A stretch of DNA of 64,000 nucleotides from Patescibacteria group bacterium (GCA_041659045.1 JBAZZB010000002.1:231412-295411), one strand, 5' to 3'. Positions 37,850-47,670 are shown, numbered from the stretch's first letter. Program-made: numbers and translations. The notes: a model not told the origin generated them from the letters alone.

Positions 37850-38827
37850 TCATGCTTTGCGGCCTTTCCGCTTGTCGTGAAATGCTTTGTAGACTTCCTG
37901 CAGGTGCGAGTCGGTGATGTGCGTGTAGATTTGCGTTGTCGTGACGGAAGCGTGGCCGAGCAAAGACTGCACGCTGCGAAGGTCCGCGCCGTTCATCAGG
38001 AGATCCGTGGCGAACGAGTGGCGCAACGTGTGAGGAGAAATGCTTTTCGTGATGCCAGCGATCTTGCGATAGTGCTCAACAATACGTTGTACGGTACGTG
38101 AAGTGAGACCAGACATCTCATCACGTCCCTTCGAGGCACGATCATGGCTCACAAAGAGCATCGGGCTCATATCCCGGCGCGCTTCTTGATATTTTTTGAG
38201 CCAGCCCTTCGCGTCGTCAGAAAAAAACACGACGCGGTATTTCGAACCCTTTCCTTTTACGGTGAATTCGCTTCGATTGAAGTTGATATCTCCCAGCTTC
38301 AAGCTGCAAAGTTCCGAGACGCGCAAACCGGTCGACCAAAGCAGTTCAAGAATCGTGCGGTCGCGCAGGCGCACAATATCCGGGCCTTGCGACTTCATCG
38401 GCGCATCAAGAAGCTTTTCAATTTCCTTCGGTTCCAAAAATTCGACGTGTCGATCGGGCTGCTTCGCGAGTTCGATCTTTTCCGCCGCCAATGTTTCAAT
38501 ATCGCGCTTCGAGAGATACTTCAAAAAAGCACGCAGGGCGATCAAGTGATAGTTTTGCGTATTTTTCTTGAGCATCACGCCGTGACTATCCTCAAGACGG
38601 TTCAACCACAGACGGAACTGGCGCACCGAATCGAGGGTGATCGCGCTTGCTTTGCTAATCCCCTTGTCTAAAGCCCAGTCGGCAAACCGTCCCAAATAGA
38701 AACCATAGTTCTCCCGAGTGCGTTTTGAGCGGTTTTTCTCGATTTCCAAGTAGTCGCCGAAATCACGGATCAGCTCGTGAACCTGGCTTTTTTTGGCTAA
38801 GGTATCAACTTTTTCTTTGAGTGCCAT
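37850..38827 (-). CDS. XerC/XerD-family tyrosine recombinase
   Basis: TGLRVSEL, KGKGSK, HTLRHSFAT, LLGH and TTQIYTH. No integron-integrase insertion. Confidence 0.93.
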   Translation of the reverse strand: MALKEKVDTLAKKSQVHELIRDFGDYLEIEKNRSKRTRENYGFYLGRFADWALDKGISKASAITLDSVRQFRLWLNRLEDSHGVMLKKNTQNYHLIALRAFLKYLSKRDIETLAAEKIELAKQPDRHVEFLEPKEIEKLLDAPMKSQGPDIVRLRDRTILELLWSTGLRVSELCSLKLGDINFNRSEFTVKGKGSKYRVVFFSDDAKGWLKKYQEARRDMSPMLFVSHDRASKGRDEMSGLTSRTVQRIVEHYRKIAGITKSISPHTLRHSFATDLLMNGADLRSVQSLLGHASVTTTQIYTHITDSHLQEVYKAFHDKRKGRKA

Positions 38828-38943
38828 ATTTGTCAAAATAGGTTGACAGAAACCGTGTTTTCTGCTAAGATTGGCCGTTCCGGATAGTTCATTTCTTTGA
38901 CTGTTAGGCGCCCGGAACCGCCACCAACCCAGAGGAGTCTCAC

Positions 38944-39996
38944 TTGAAAGACTGGATCAATGCCTTTTCGATCTGCATCTTCGGATGCACGATCGCGTTC
39001 TTCCTCAAGGAAGGAGCCTTCAAGGACAAGGAGCATGTCGTGCACGCCGGAACGTTGCCTCGTGCGACGTCAGACCGGAGTCCTGTTTCTGCGAACGTGA
39101 TGCGGGCGATGAGCGAGGAACCCTCCTCGGACGTCGAGATGCCGATCGCCTACGTTCCATCGAACCAGAACCAGCTCTGCGCGGCATACGACACCGTCGC
39201 GCACCCGGAGCAGATCCTCGATGTCCTGACGCTCGCCAGCCAACGCGGTTGTCGAACGATCAAGGGTGTGAAGATCTGCGCTCCCGTCGAGGTCTTGTAC
39301 GCCATCTGGCGCATCGAGACGGGTCACGTCGATGGCGCAGGTCTCGCATCAGGCAGATGCGACCTGATGGAAGAGCTGCGACGTCGTGATGGTGCCGCTG
39401 GTACCAAGCACGGCGCGGGCATGCTGCGCATGGCCGAGAAGTTCAAGTGGAACAAGGTCTACGGCGAAAACCTAGAGCGCATGACCTGTTCATGCCCCAA
39501 GATCGTCGATGACAAAGACCCAGTGACCGGGGACGTGATCGGCAAGAAGAAGTACGGCTACGGCGGTTGCTGTGGTCCGTTCCAATTCTCTGGCGCGGAA
39601 GTGGTCGACTGGGCGATCGAACAGAACCTCGATCCACTTTCCTTTTGCGGCGGCGCGCTCATTGCCTCGCAGGACATCGTCTTGCGCTACGAGCGAGCCA
39701 TCAAGAAAGGATACGCGCACGGAGTACCCGCCTGGCGACGAGCCATCAGCAGCTACTACGGGCGTGATCCGAAGTCTGAGTACTACCTGAAGGCGTTGAG
39801 CAAGTGGGAAACCATCTACGGGTGGCAAGCCTGCGAACTCAAGACGACCGAAGACGGTACCCAGAGCTGGACGCGCAAGAGCAATGGCGAGGTCTGCGAC
39901 CAAGCCGCGCTCGAAAGGCAATGGGACTTCGTGCGTTCGCAAATCGTCGCACAGTCGATGCGAAGCGTTCGCTACCACCAAAGCCTGCGACAGTAA
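38944..39996 (+). CDS. Membrane-anchored lytic transglycosylase-like (lysozyme fold) protein
   Basis: LYAIWRIET catalytic Glu motif, GPFQF and AISSY. GAGGAG SD. Confidence 0.7.
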   Translation: MKDWINAFSICIFGCTIAFFLKEGAFKDKEHVVHAGTLPRATSDRSPVSANVMRAMSEEPSSDVEMPIAYVPSNQNQLCAAYDTVAHPEQILDVLTLASQRGCRTIKGVKICAPVEVLYAIWRIETGHVDGAGLASGRCDLMEELRRRDGAAGTKHGAGMLRMAEKFKWNKVYGENLERMTCSCPKIVDDKDPVTGDVIGKKKYGYGGCCGPFQFSGAEVVDWAIEQNLDPLSFCGGALIASQDIVLRYERAIKKGYAHGVPAWRRAISSYYGRDPKSEYYLKALSKWETIYGWQACELKTTEDGTQSWTRKSNGEVCDQAALERQWDFVRSQIVAQSMRSVRYHQSLRQ

Positions 39997-40155
39997 GTCG
40001 CACATTCGTTCCTTCCGAACATCTCACTCTCTCTCAGAGGCCGCACGCTGGGCCTCTTTTGTTATTGTACGACACTTCTTCTGTTTGACCGAGTCCTGCA
40101 CGATTGATAGCGTAAATAGAGGCAACCCGCCGCATCGACGGACAAGGAGGTTTGT

Positions 40156-40905
40156 ATGTCCGACGCACGACTGGGACGAGACACGCTGTCGGTTCGATTC
40201 GTTCACGTGGCGCTGGTGTTGATCCTGGCGATCACGCTCGCGATGCTTGCGATCATGCTGCTCATTCACGCTTCCGATTCCTCGTCGACGACGAAATACG
40301 GAAAGCGTACGACGGAGCAGCAGAACGAGACCGCAATCCACGAGGCCGGCCACGCACTGCTGAGTGCAGCCATCCTGCCAGAGCGACCGATCGAGGACAT
40401 TCTGATCTACGTCGAGTACGACGAGGCGGACGGCAAGCTCGGTCTGACGCACGTCGGCACGGTGCCCGCGCTCTACATGACGCATCCCGAGTTCGTCACG
40501 AAGGCTGACGCGATGTTCTACCTCGGCGGCGCCGCTGCAGAGGAAGCCGTCTTCGGCACGAAGCCTCAGCAGGACTACACCGACAAGGACATGGTGGGCG
40601 AGGAGCTCCTGAAGTACTGTGGTGCCGGTGACGGCAGCCAGTGCGGCGAGTGCCCAGCCTCCGACCTCGTAGGCAAGACTTGCATGATCAAGGGACACAT
40701 CGTGTCCTATCGAGATCTGCTCTATGTCGAGACGCTCGCCATCGCGAAGCTCAATCGCGAACTGCTGGCGCAACTCGCAAACGAGCTGATGCAGCAGCCG
40801 GTTCGCAACCGCGAGCGGCGACTCGATGCGGCACAACTCAAGGCGTTCTTCGCGGGGCATCCGATCCAGTTGCCGCCGAGTCCGCCCGTTCCAAAGACCC
40901 CGTAA
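40156..40905 (+). CDS. Stand-alone M41 (FtsH-type) metalloprotease domain with N-terminal TM
   Basis: TAIHEAGHA and LGGAAAEEAVFG, no AAA domain. AAGGAGG SD. Confidence 0.85.
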   Translation: MSDARLGRDTLSVRFVHVALVLILAITLAMLAIMLLIHASDSSSTTKYGKRTTEQQNETAIHEAGHALLSAAILPERPIEDILIYVEYDEADGKLGLTHVGTVPALYMTHPEFVTKADAMFYLGGAAAEEAVFGTKPQQDYTDKDMVGEELLKYCGAGDGSQCGECPASDLVGKTCMIKGHIVSYRDLLYVETLAIAKLNRELLAQLANELMQQPVRNRERRLDAAQLKAFFAGHPIQLPPSPPVPKTP

Positions 40906-40994
40906 CCTCGGGGTTTTTTTCTTTGCGCTGAGACTACGCATTGACACAGCGCACATTTCACGCTACGTTCCGCTCACCTTCCAAGGAGGGATTC

Positions 40995-41579
40995 ATGACG
41001 CGCGCAGCGATTTTTGTCGGGAGTGAACTGCGTTTCCACGAACAGGCCAAGACGCTGGAAGAGTATCTCCTTCACGAAGTCGGCATGCGCAGACACACCG
41101 TCGCACTCGTGCCGTGCTGGAACAAGGAGCCAGACGACGTGCTCTGGACCATCGGCTTGCACTCCGCGAAGGCGAACAAGCAACCACTCCTCCTCGCCTA
41201 CCTCGGACACGGGTTTGAGAACGGTTGGTCGTATGGATATCGATCGAAGGGACATCCTCTGCAGATCGGTTATGACGCGATCGGCTCAAAGTTGCGCGAA
41301 CACCGCGGCCCGCTCCTCGTCGTGAATGAATGCTGTCACGCCGGCAGAATCCAGGATCAGATGACCTGGATCAACAGCGACAAGGTCCCTGTCGGCGTTC
41401 TTGCTGCCTGCGACGCCAGTGAAACGTCTTACGGGGCAATGCTTCCGGACATCATTGCCCTTTGGCGCTCCAGAAAGCCCTACACTCCCGTCGTTCGTCG
41501 CTTGGCAGCGCGGAAGGACCACGAAGAGCAGCGTTGGGGTGCCCCGCTCGACCACCATTTTTTCGCGAAGCCCGCCTAG
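40995..41579 (+). CDS. Caspase-like (clan CD) peptidase
   Basis: LAYLGHG and VVNECCHAG His/Cys dyad motifs. AAGGAGG SD. Confidence 0.75.
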   Translation: MTRAAIFVGSELRFHEQAKTLEEYLLHEVGMRRHTVALVPCWNKEPDDVLWTIGLHSAKANKQPLLLAYLGHGFENGWSYGYRSKGHPLQIGYDAIGSKLREHRGPLLVVNECCHAGRIQDQMTWINSDKVPVGVLAACDASETSYGAMLPDIIALWRSRKPYTPVVRRLAARKDHEEQRWGAPLDHHFFAKPA

Positions 41580-41720
41580 GGCTTCTTTTTCTTTTATCTT
41601 AGCCAAGACTTGACGACTCTCCCCTGTTTTGTTAGTCTTCTCGCGTACTTAATCCCTGCCACGCGGCTCGGTTTTGGCCTCGAGCGGCCTTTACTCGGCG
41701 CGAAGGCTTATAAAAGATGT

Positions 41721-41981
41721 ATGCTCGACAAGAAGGCAAAGGAAAAAATCATCGAGAAGTTCAAGACGCATGATCAGGACACCGGTTCTGCTCAGGTCCA
41801 GATCGCCATCCTTACGGCTGAGATCAAGGATCTTACGGACCACCTGAAAATGCATAAGAAGGACTTCTCTTCTCGCCGCGGTTTGCTGCGCAAAGTCAAC
41901 GAGCGCCGCAAGTTGCTCCGCTATCTCCAGCGCGAAATGCCGAAGGAGTACGCGAAGCTCACCGAAAAGCTCAAAGTATAA
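41721..41981 (+). CDS. rpsO: 30S ribosomal protein S15
   Basis: DTGSAQVQIAILT and HKKDFSSRRGL. Confidence 0.97.
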   Translation: MLDKKAKEKIIEKFKTHDQDTGSAQVQIAILTAEIKDLTDHLKMHKKDFSSRRGLLRKVNERRKLLRYLQREMPKEYAKLTEKLKV

Positions 41982-42104
41982 ATGATAAGCGCGTCGCGTT
42001 TAGGGCCTTCGGGCTCCACGCGACGCGTTTCCGGTTTTTATAAGGATTTTCCCGCATAAGGCGGGCTCCGCATATGCGGGGAAAAACTCAACTATTTTCA
42101 TTTT

Positions 42105-42713
42105 ATGGCCGTTATTAAGCAAAAAAGTCAGCGCGTCGGGGTCTTTATCGACGTGCAGAACATGTATTACTCGGCGAAGAACCTTTACAACTGCCGCGTC
42201 CATTTCGGCAATATCGTCGAAACAGCGGTCGCCGACCGCCAGCTTGTCCGCGCGATCGCCTATGTCGTTCGCGCTGGCGTTCCCGAAGAACAGTCGTTTT
42301 TCGACGCTTTGACCAAGCTCGGCATCGAAACCAAGGAGCGCGAAGTCCAGGTTTTCTTGGGCGGCGCCAAAAAAGCTGACTGGGACGTCGGCATTGTCGT
42401 CGATGCGATCCGTCTTTCCCCTAAACTCGACGTGGTCGTGCTCGTCTCGGGCGACGGCGACTTCATTCCCTTGGTCGAATACCTTCAAAACATGGGTGTT
42501 CAGACCGAAGTCATGGCCTTCCGCGAAACTTCTTCCTCAAAACTGGTCGAAGAAGTTGATGATTTCATCGACTTGTCACGCGACCAAGCCCGCTACCTGA
42601 TCCCAACTCGCCACACCGGACGCGCTCCGAGCACCCGTGGCTCAAAATCCGCTCCGACCGCCGACGACGTCGATCCGAACATCAGCAAGATGCTCCAGGA
42701 CGATCAGGAATAG
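42105..42713 (+). CDS. NYN domain (LabA/DUF88) protein
   Basis: FIDVQN, KKADWDV and SGDGDF. Confidence 0.92.
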   Translation: MAVIKQKSQRVGVFIDVQNMYYSAKNLYNCRVHFGNIVETAVADRQLVRAIAYVVRAGVPEEQSFFDALTKLGIETKEREVQVFLGGAKKADWDVGIVVDAIRLSPKLDVVVLVSGDGDFIPLVEYLQNMGVQTEVMAFRETSSSKLVEEVDDFIDLSRDQARYLIPTRHTGRAPSTRGSKSAPTADDVDPNISKMLQDDQE

Positions 42714-42806
42714 TCGTTTTCCCCGCAGGTGCGGGGAGGCAGCCGCCCGAACTTCGGACGCCTGCCTCCTCCCATCAAGGGAGGGCTAATACCTAGCACG
42801 TTTCGA

Positions 42807-42883
42807 GCGCGCGAGGAGACAGTTCGCAGTCCTGTCTTGCCGAACAGTCGGCGGCACGGGACTGAGTACTGGCCTCGCCGCGC
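42807..42883 (+). promoter_or_regulatory. Long 5' leader hairpin of pnp
   Basis: GCGCGCGAGG...CAGTCCTGT...ACGGGACTG...CCTCGCCGCGC extended stem. Confidence 0.6.
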
Positions 42884-42898
42884 ATTGGAACGACAACT

Positions 42899-45052
42899 AT
42901 GACCAAGCAGTTCTCGCTTGAATGGGGCGGTAAAACGCTCTCTGTTGAGATTGGCAAAATTGCCAAGCAGGCCAACGGTTCGTGCACGGTGCGCTACGGC
43001 GACACCGTCGTGCTCGTCACCGCCACGATGAGCTCCGGCTCGCGCGACGGCATCGATTTTCTTCCGCTCTCGGTTGAGTGTGAAGAACGTTTGTACGCCG
43101 CAGGAAAAATTAAGTCCTCGCGCTTCTTGAAGCGTGAAGGTCGTCCGACCGATGATGCCATTGTCGTCGGCCGCATGATCGATCGCTCGATTCGTCCGCT
43201 CTTCGAACAGAAGATCCGCAACGAAATCCAAGTCGTCTTCACGACACTCGCGTTCGATAAGGAAAACGATTACGACATTCCGGCAATGATCGGCACCTCG
43301 ATCGCGGTCGGTATGTCTGATATTCCGTGGGCCGGTCCGGTCGCGGGTATCCGCGTCGGTCGCGTCGGTACGGAGTGGGTCATCAACCCGTCGTACGAAG
43401 CGCGCGAGAAGAGCGACCTCGACGTTGTCATTGTCGGCACACCGACGCACACGACGATGGTCGAAGCGGAGAGTAGCGAAGCGAAAGAAGAAGACGTGAT
43501 GGCCGGCATGCGTTTCGGCGCGAAGCATCTTTCCGAAGTCCAGGCCTTCATCGAAAAAATTATCACCGAGGTCGGCAAGCCGAAGCGTTCGGTTAACGAC
43601 CTGATCGGCATCGATGAAGAAACCGCGAAAGAAAAAGAGGCGTTAATCGCCAAATCGCGCGAATTCATTTTCCCGAAAATCCGCGAGTATCTTTTCGCCA
43701 CGCCGAAAGCGACGAAAGTCGAACGCCGCGAAGCGAAGTCCGCACTCGCACACACGCTCGATGAATACTTGAAGACCGAACAGGTCGGCAAGGACAAGCG
43801 CAAATGGGCGCTCGACGCGATGCAGAAATGGGTTGAGGAAGTCGTCTCGCAGATCATCTTGGACGAAGGCAAACGCTGCGACGGCCGCGCGCTCGACGAA
43901 ATTCGCGAGCTTTCCGCCGAAGTTGCGCTGCTTCCGCGCGTTCACGGTTCCGGCCTGTTTTCTCGAGGTGAAACGCAGATCCTCTCGACCGTCACTTTGG
44001 GTGCCCCGTCCGATGTCCAGCTGGTCGACAGCATGGAGTTCGACGAAAAGCGCCGCTACTTCCACCACTACAATTTCCCTCCGTACTCTGTCGGCGAAAC
44101 GGGCCGCTTCGGCGGTGGCGGACGCCGCGAAGTTGGTCACGGTGGTCTTGCTGAACGCGCATTGATCCCAGTGCTCCCCGCGAAAGAAGATTTCCCGTAC
44201 ACGATCCGCGTTGTCTCCGAGACACTCGGTTCGAACGGTTCCTCCTCGCAGGGTTCCATCTGCGGCTCGACGCTCGCGCTCATGGACGCCGGTGTACCGA
44301 TCAAGAAACCGGTGGCGGGCATCGCGATGGGTATCGCAACTGATCCGAACGACATCAACCGCTACAAGATCATCACCGACCTCCAAGATTTGGAAGACGG
44401 CGCTGGCGGTATGGACTTCAAGATCGGCGGTACGCGCGACGGCATCACTTCGATTCAGATGGACACCAAGACGAAAGGCCTCACTTGGCAGATCGTCGAA
44501 GAGACGCTGACGAAAGCGAAAGCCGCGCGCTTGCAGATTCTTGATGTCATGGCGAAAGCGATCGCGACACATCGTCCGGAACTTTCTCCGTACGCGCCGC
44601 GCATCATCATCATCAAGATCAATCCGGAACTCATCCGCAACGTCATCGGTCCCGGCGGCAAAGTCATCAACGACATCATCGAAAAAACTGGCGTGCAGAT
44701 CGAAGTCGAAAACGACGGCACGGTCACGATTACCTCCGCCAACCTCGAAGGCCTCGAAGCCGCGAGGAAACGCGTCGAGGATCTCACGCGTGAACTCAAG
44801 CCTGGCGAATTCTTCCCTTCCGGCAAAGTCACGCGCATTCTCGACTTCGGCGCATTCGTCGAAGTCCTGCCCGGTCAGGAAGGCATGGTCCACATCAGCG
44901 AGCTCGACACGAAGCGCGTCGAGAAAGTCACGGACGTCGTGAAGGTCGGCGATATCATCCCAGTCGTCGTCATCAAGATTGACGAGCTGGGCCGCGTCAA
45001 CCTAAGCTTGAAGCGCGCTAAGGAGAAACTGAATGGCACTGCTTCCCAATAA
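42899..45052 (+). CDS. pnp: Polyribonucleotide nucleotidyltransferase
   Basis: FLKREGRP, RGETQ, SNGSSS, GMDFK, plus KH and S1 domains. Confidence 0.98.
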   Translation: MTKQFSLEWGGKTLSVEIGKIAKQANGSCTVRYGDTVVLVTATMSSGSRDGIDFLPLSVECEERLYAAGKIKSSRFLKREGRPTDDAIVVGRMIDRSIRPLFEQKIRNEIQVVFTTLAFDKENDYDIPAMIGTSIAVGMSDIPWAGPVAGIRVGRVGTEWVINPSYEAREKSDLDVVIVGTPTHTTMVEAESSEAKEEDVMAGMRFGAKHLSEVQAFIEKIITEVGKPKRSVNDLIGIDEETAKEKEALIAKSREFIFPKIREYLFATPKATKVERREAKSALAHTLDEYLKTEQVGKDKRKWALDAMQKWVEEVVSQIILDEGKRCDGRALDEIRELSAEVALLPRVHGSGLFSRGETQILSTVTLGAPSDVQLVDSMEFDEKRRYFHHYNFPPYSVGETGRFGGGGRREVGHGGLAERALIPVLPAKEDFPYTIRVVSETLGSNGSSSQGSICGSTLALMDAGVPIKKPVAGIAMGIATDPNDINRYKIITDLQDLEDGAGGMDFKIGGTRDGITSIQMDTKTKGLTWQIVEETLTKAKAARLQILDVMAKAIATHRPELSPYAPRIIIIKINPELIRNVIGPGGKVINDIIEKTGVQIEVENDGTVTITSANLEGLEAARKRVEDLTRELKPGEFFPSGKVTRILDFGAFVEVLPGQEGMVHISELDTKRVEKVTDVVKVGDIIPVVVIKIDELGRVNLSLKRAKEKLNGTASQ

Positions 45053-46214
45053 GCTAAGCGGCCTCCAAGCGCTCCTCCTTCTGGGAGGGGCGTTTGTTTT
45101 CGTTGGATTTCTCATTGTCCGTTCATACACGCTGGTCCTCGATACCAGCCCGACGGCCCCGCCTCAGTCTGAAATCGTGCTTTCCATCGTGAAACGCGAT
45201 GAGACGTTTCTGAAGAGCGCCGCCTGGGCAAAGTTCCTCGCCGCGCTTCCAAAAGAAGCCGCTCAGGCACTTTCACAGGCACAAGCCGACCACACAGCAA
45301 CTCTTTTTGCTGTTCGTGGTGAGGACGGCGCCCTCGCTTGGGGTTTGGTTGAAGCACTTAGTACTTCCCGCGGACAAAGCCAGAAACCCCAACGAAAACT
45401 CGTACCTCGTGAGGTCGGGGCCGTGGGTTCATTTAGAGTTGCCGGACAAACTCAGCCGATCCAAGCCTACTTTGAGCCTGAATTGGTACGGTTTGAGATT
45501 GGTCGTGGTTATCGTGGACTTTTGGCCAATCCAGTTCCCTTCACCATGGGCCGCAGGCTTATTCAACCGATCAATCAACAAATCGCTCACCTTGAGAAGC
45601 CGTCCGAGGCCAGCTGGGGGAAAGCACCCGCCTTGTTTCAGTCTACAATGCAGCGTTTTAAGGGCCTTGCTGATCCCTGGACCTGGCCGGGGAGGGTTGA
45701 ACTCGCTGTTAGTGCCTCATCGACCGGGGAGACGCTCTACCCCTTCCTTTTGTTCTATAAACCAACAGTTGGCCAGAAGAATGTGGCCAAACAAACGGAG
45801 GATTTTGCGAGGAATCTGCTTGCTCAGGCGGCCCCGCAGACAGTGCTGGTGAACTTGCCTGACGACAGCCAAATGACCGAATTCCGCCACGATCCTGAAT
45901 CTATCCAAAAGGAGGAGATTCGGAACCAGTTTGGCACCCTTCTGAGGCTCACAGCCCCTGGAAAATCCCAAAGAATGCTGGTGTTTCTGGCGGATGACCA
46001 TGAGGTCTGGATCAGCAACGATCTTGCCCTGATTCAAGCTGGGTTTCTTGATAACGTACAGGCGACAACCCCAAGCTCTGCTTGTGACCGTGACAGCATC
46101 GGCGGTTTTGCCTCACTTTCAGGTCAGAGTTTTTCGTATGGAAGTTTTTCAAGGGTGAATATCTCAATTAATGATATTGAGACCGGGTTATTCACACTCT
46201 GTGGATATTATTGA
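45033..46214 (+). CDS. Membrane-anchored hypothetical protein
   Basis: 393 aa ORF overlapping the pnp end, N-terminal TM, lower GC. Confidence 0.65.
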   Translation: MALLPNKLSGLQALLLLGGAFVFVGFLIVRSYTLVLDTSPTAPPQSEIVLSIVKRDETFLKSAAWAKFLAALPKEAAQALSQAQADHTATLFAVRGEDGALAWGLVEALSTSRGQSQKPQRKLVPREVGAVGSFRVAGQTQPIQAYFEPELVRFEIGRGYRGLLANPVPFTMGRRLIQPINQQIAHLEKPSEASWGKAPALFQSTMQRFKGLADPWTWPGRVELAVSASSTGETLYPFLLFYKPTVGQKNVAKQTEDFARNLLAQAAPQTVLVNLPDDSQMTEFRHDPESIQKEEIRNQFGTLLRLTAPGKSQRMLVFLADDHEVWISNDLALIQAGFLDNVQATTPSSACDRDSIGGFASLSGQSFSYGSFSRVNISINDIETGLFTLCGYY

Positions 46215-46337
46215 TGGATTTGTGGATAACCTTATCCACTAGAACTCACAGATAATCCACAGTGTTGTGCACAGCGTACCGTAGCCTTAACTGAATAAGC
46301 TCACTTCGCCTTATTTTAATGAGAATATCTATCCACA
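46188..46337. other. DnaA-box cluster (candidate oriC or DnaA-binding locus)
   Basis: TTATTCACA 46188, TGTGGATAT 46200, TGTGGATAA 46221, TTATCCACT 46232, TAATCCACA 46253, TTGTGCACA 46265 and CTATCCACA 46329 in AT-rich DNA. Confidence 0.75.
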
Positions 46338-46346
46338 GAACGCAGA

Positions 46347-46402
46347 TTGACCCAAGCCGTTTTTTCAGGTATAGTTATTACAGAGAACGTTGACAACTGA
46401 AT
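46347..46402 (+). promoter_or_regulatory. Promoter plus boxA-like element
   Basis: TTGACC-17-TATAGT followed by AGAACGTTGACAACTGAAT. Confidence 0.65.
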
Positions 46403-46734
46403 CGCGGAAAGACCACTGAGAGATGCCTACCGAAGCTTAGCTTGGGTGCACATCCCTCTCCCTTACTTTTCTCCTTGCAAAACAAAAATCAAAAGCATCC
46501 TGGTTCTGCCTCAAATATGTCGTGCTTCGGCACTGACCCGAGGATTGGAACCGTTGGAAGGTTGGGGAGGTTGTTCTTTCAGCCCACCGTTGGCTAGTCC
46601 TTCAATCGCTGCGGCGAACAGAAGGCTCAACGCGCGGCACTCAGGAGCTCGAGAGTATTGCGGATTTGTCCTAGCACGTCTTTTACAGGCGTTCTGAGAC
46701 AAATCCGCATACACACTCTCGAGCTTTTTCTTTT
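46381..46734 (+). ncRNA. Candidate structured ncRNA of about 350 nt
   Basis: Own promoter, several hairpins, a long terminal stem plus U-run, no credible ORF. Confidence 0.55.
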
Positions 46735-46821
46735 GTAGAATACCCGGGTCTGACCCTTGCCATGAACGGGTGGATCCACTATACTTTTACCAAGGCCAGA
46801 AGCCCGTTTTTTTAGAGAAGT

Positions 46822-47187
46822 ATGGACAAGAATACCCTCAAAACACTTGAAGAAAAACTGATCGCGGAGCAGGCTAAGCTCGAAGTTGAGCTGAGCGGCT
46901 TCGCTCAGAGGAATCCTCAGAACGCTGACGATTTCAACGCGGATTTCCCACAACTTGGCGATAAGGAGGATGAAAATGCTTCCGAGGTTGCCGAGTACTC
47001 GAAAGACCTGACGGTTGAGCGCACGCTGGAAGCATCGCTGCGCGACGTGAAGAAAGCGCTCGAGCGCGTTCAGGACGGCACGTACGGCACCTGTAAATAC
47101 TGCAGCAAGGTGATCGACGAGAAGCGCTTAATGGCGCGACCGACATCGACCTCCTGCATCGACTGCAAGAAACTGTTCACGGAATAA
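46822..47187 (+). CDS. TraR/DksA C4-type zinc finger protein
   Basis: GTYGTCKYC...RLMARP...CIDC. Own TTGCCA-17-TATACT promoter. Confidence 0.92.
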   Translation: MDKNTLKTLEEKLIAEQAKLEVELSGFAQRNPQNADDFNADFPQLGDKEDENASEVAEYSKDLTVERTLEASLRDVKKALERVQDGTYGTCKYCSKVIDEKRLMARPTSTSCIDCKKLFTE

Positions 47188-47234
47188 GCTAACCCCCCCG
47201 ACAACCGTCGGGGGGCTTTGCTATACTGGACTCC

Positions 47235-47666
47235 ATGAAACTACAGACGCGTTGGACACTGATCGCAGCAAGCGCCTTTCTTCTCGACCGCCTTTTAAAA
47301 CATCTGGCTCTTTCAGGAGCGCATGCCGGTGGAGACAACGGACTTCTCCGATTCGCACTCTTCCGCAACGACGGCATCGCCTTCAGTCTCCCCTTCTCCG
47401 GACCACTCGTTTGGCTGCTGAGTATCGGGATACTCGCTTTTATCGGGCGCTTGGCGTATAAAGACTTTCGAACCAAGCACTATAAGCGAGCGGAGGCCTA
47501 TCTCTTCTTCGTTCTCGGAGCCTGCAGTAACTTGTTTGATAGAATCGTCTACGGCTTCACAGTCGATTATGCGATCTTCTTCCGCCTTTCAGCCGTGAAC
47601 ATTGCCGACGCAATGATCATTGCCGGGGCGGCCTGGCTTGTCCTAAAGGCTCCTGGAAAGAAATAA
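47235..47666 (+). CDS. lspA: Lipoprotein signal peptidase II
   Basis: NDGIAFS, GACSNLFDR, TVDY and NIAD. Confidence 0.88.
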   Translation: MKLQTRWTLIAASAFLLDRLLKHLALSGAHAGGDNGLLRFALFRNDGIAFSLPFSGPLVWLLSIGILAFIGRLAYKDFRTKHYKRAEAYLFFVLGACSNLFDRIVYGFTVDYAIFFRLSAVNIADAMIIAGAAWLVLKAPGKK

Positions 47667-47670
47667 TTTT

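Noticed and set aside
34371-38827. Prophage or integrative element at the tRNAs using the recombinase
   Set aside because: No duplicated tRNA 3' end or phage genes seen, and the recombinase looks like the housekeeping Xer.
46381-46734. tmRNA, RNase P RNA or SRP RNA
   Set aside because: No tRNA-like ends, no GAGGAAAGUCC and no SRP domain IV motif.
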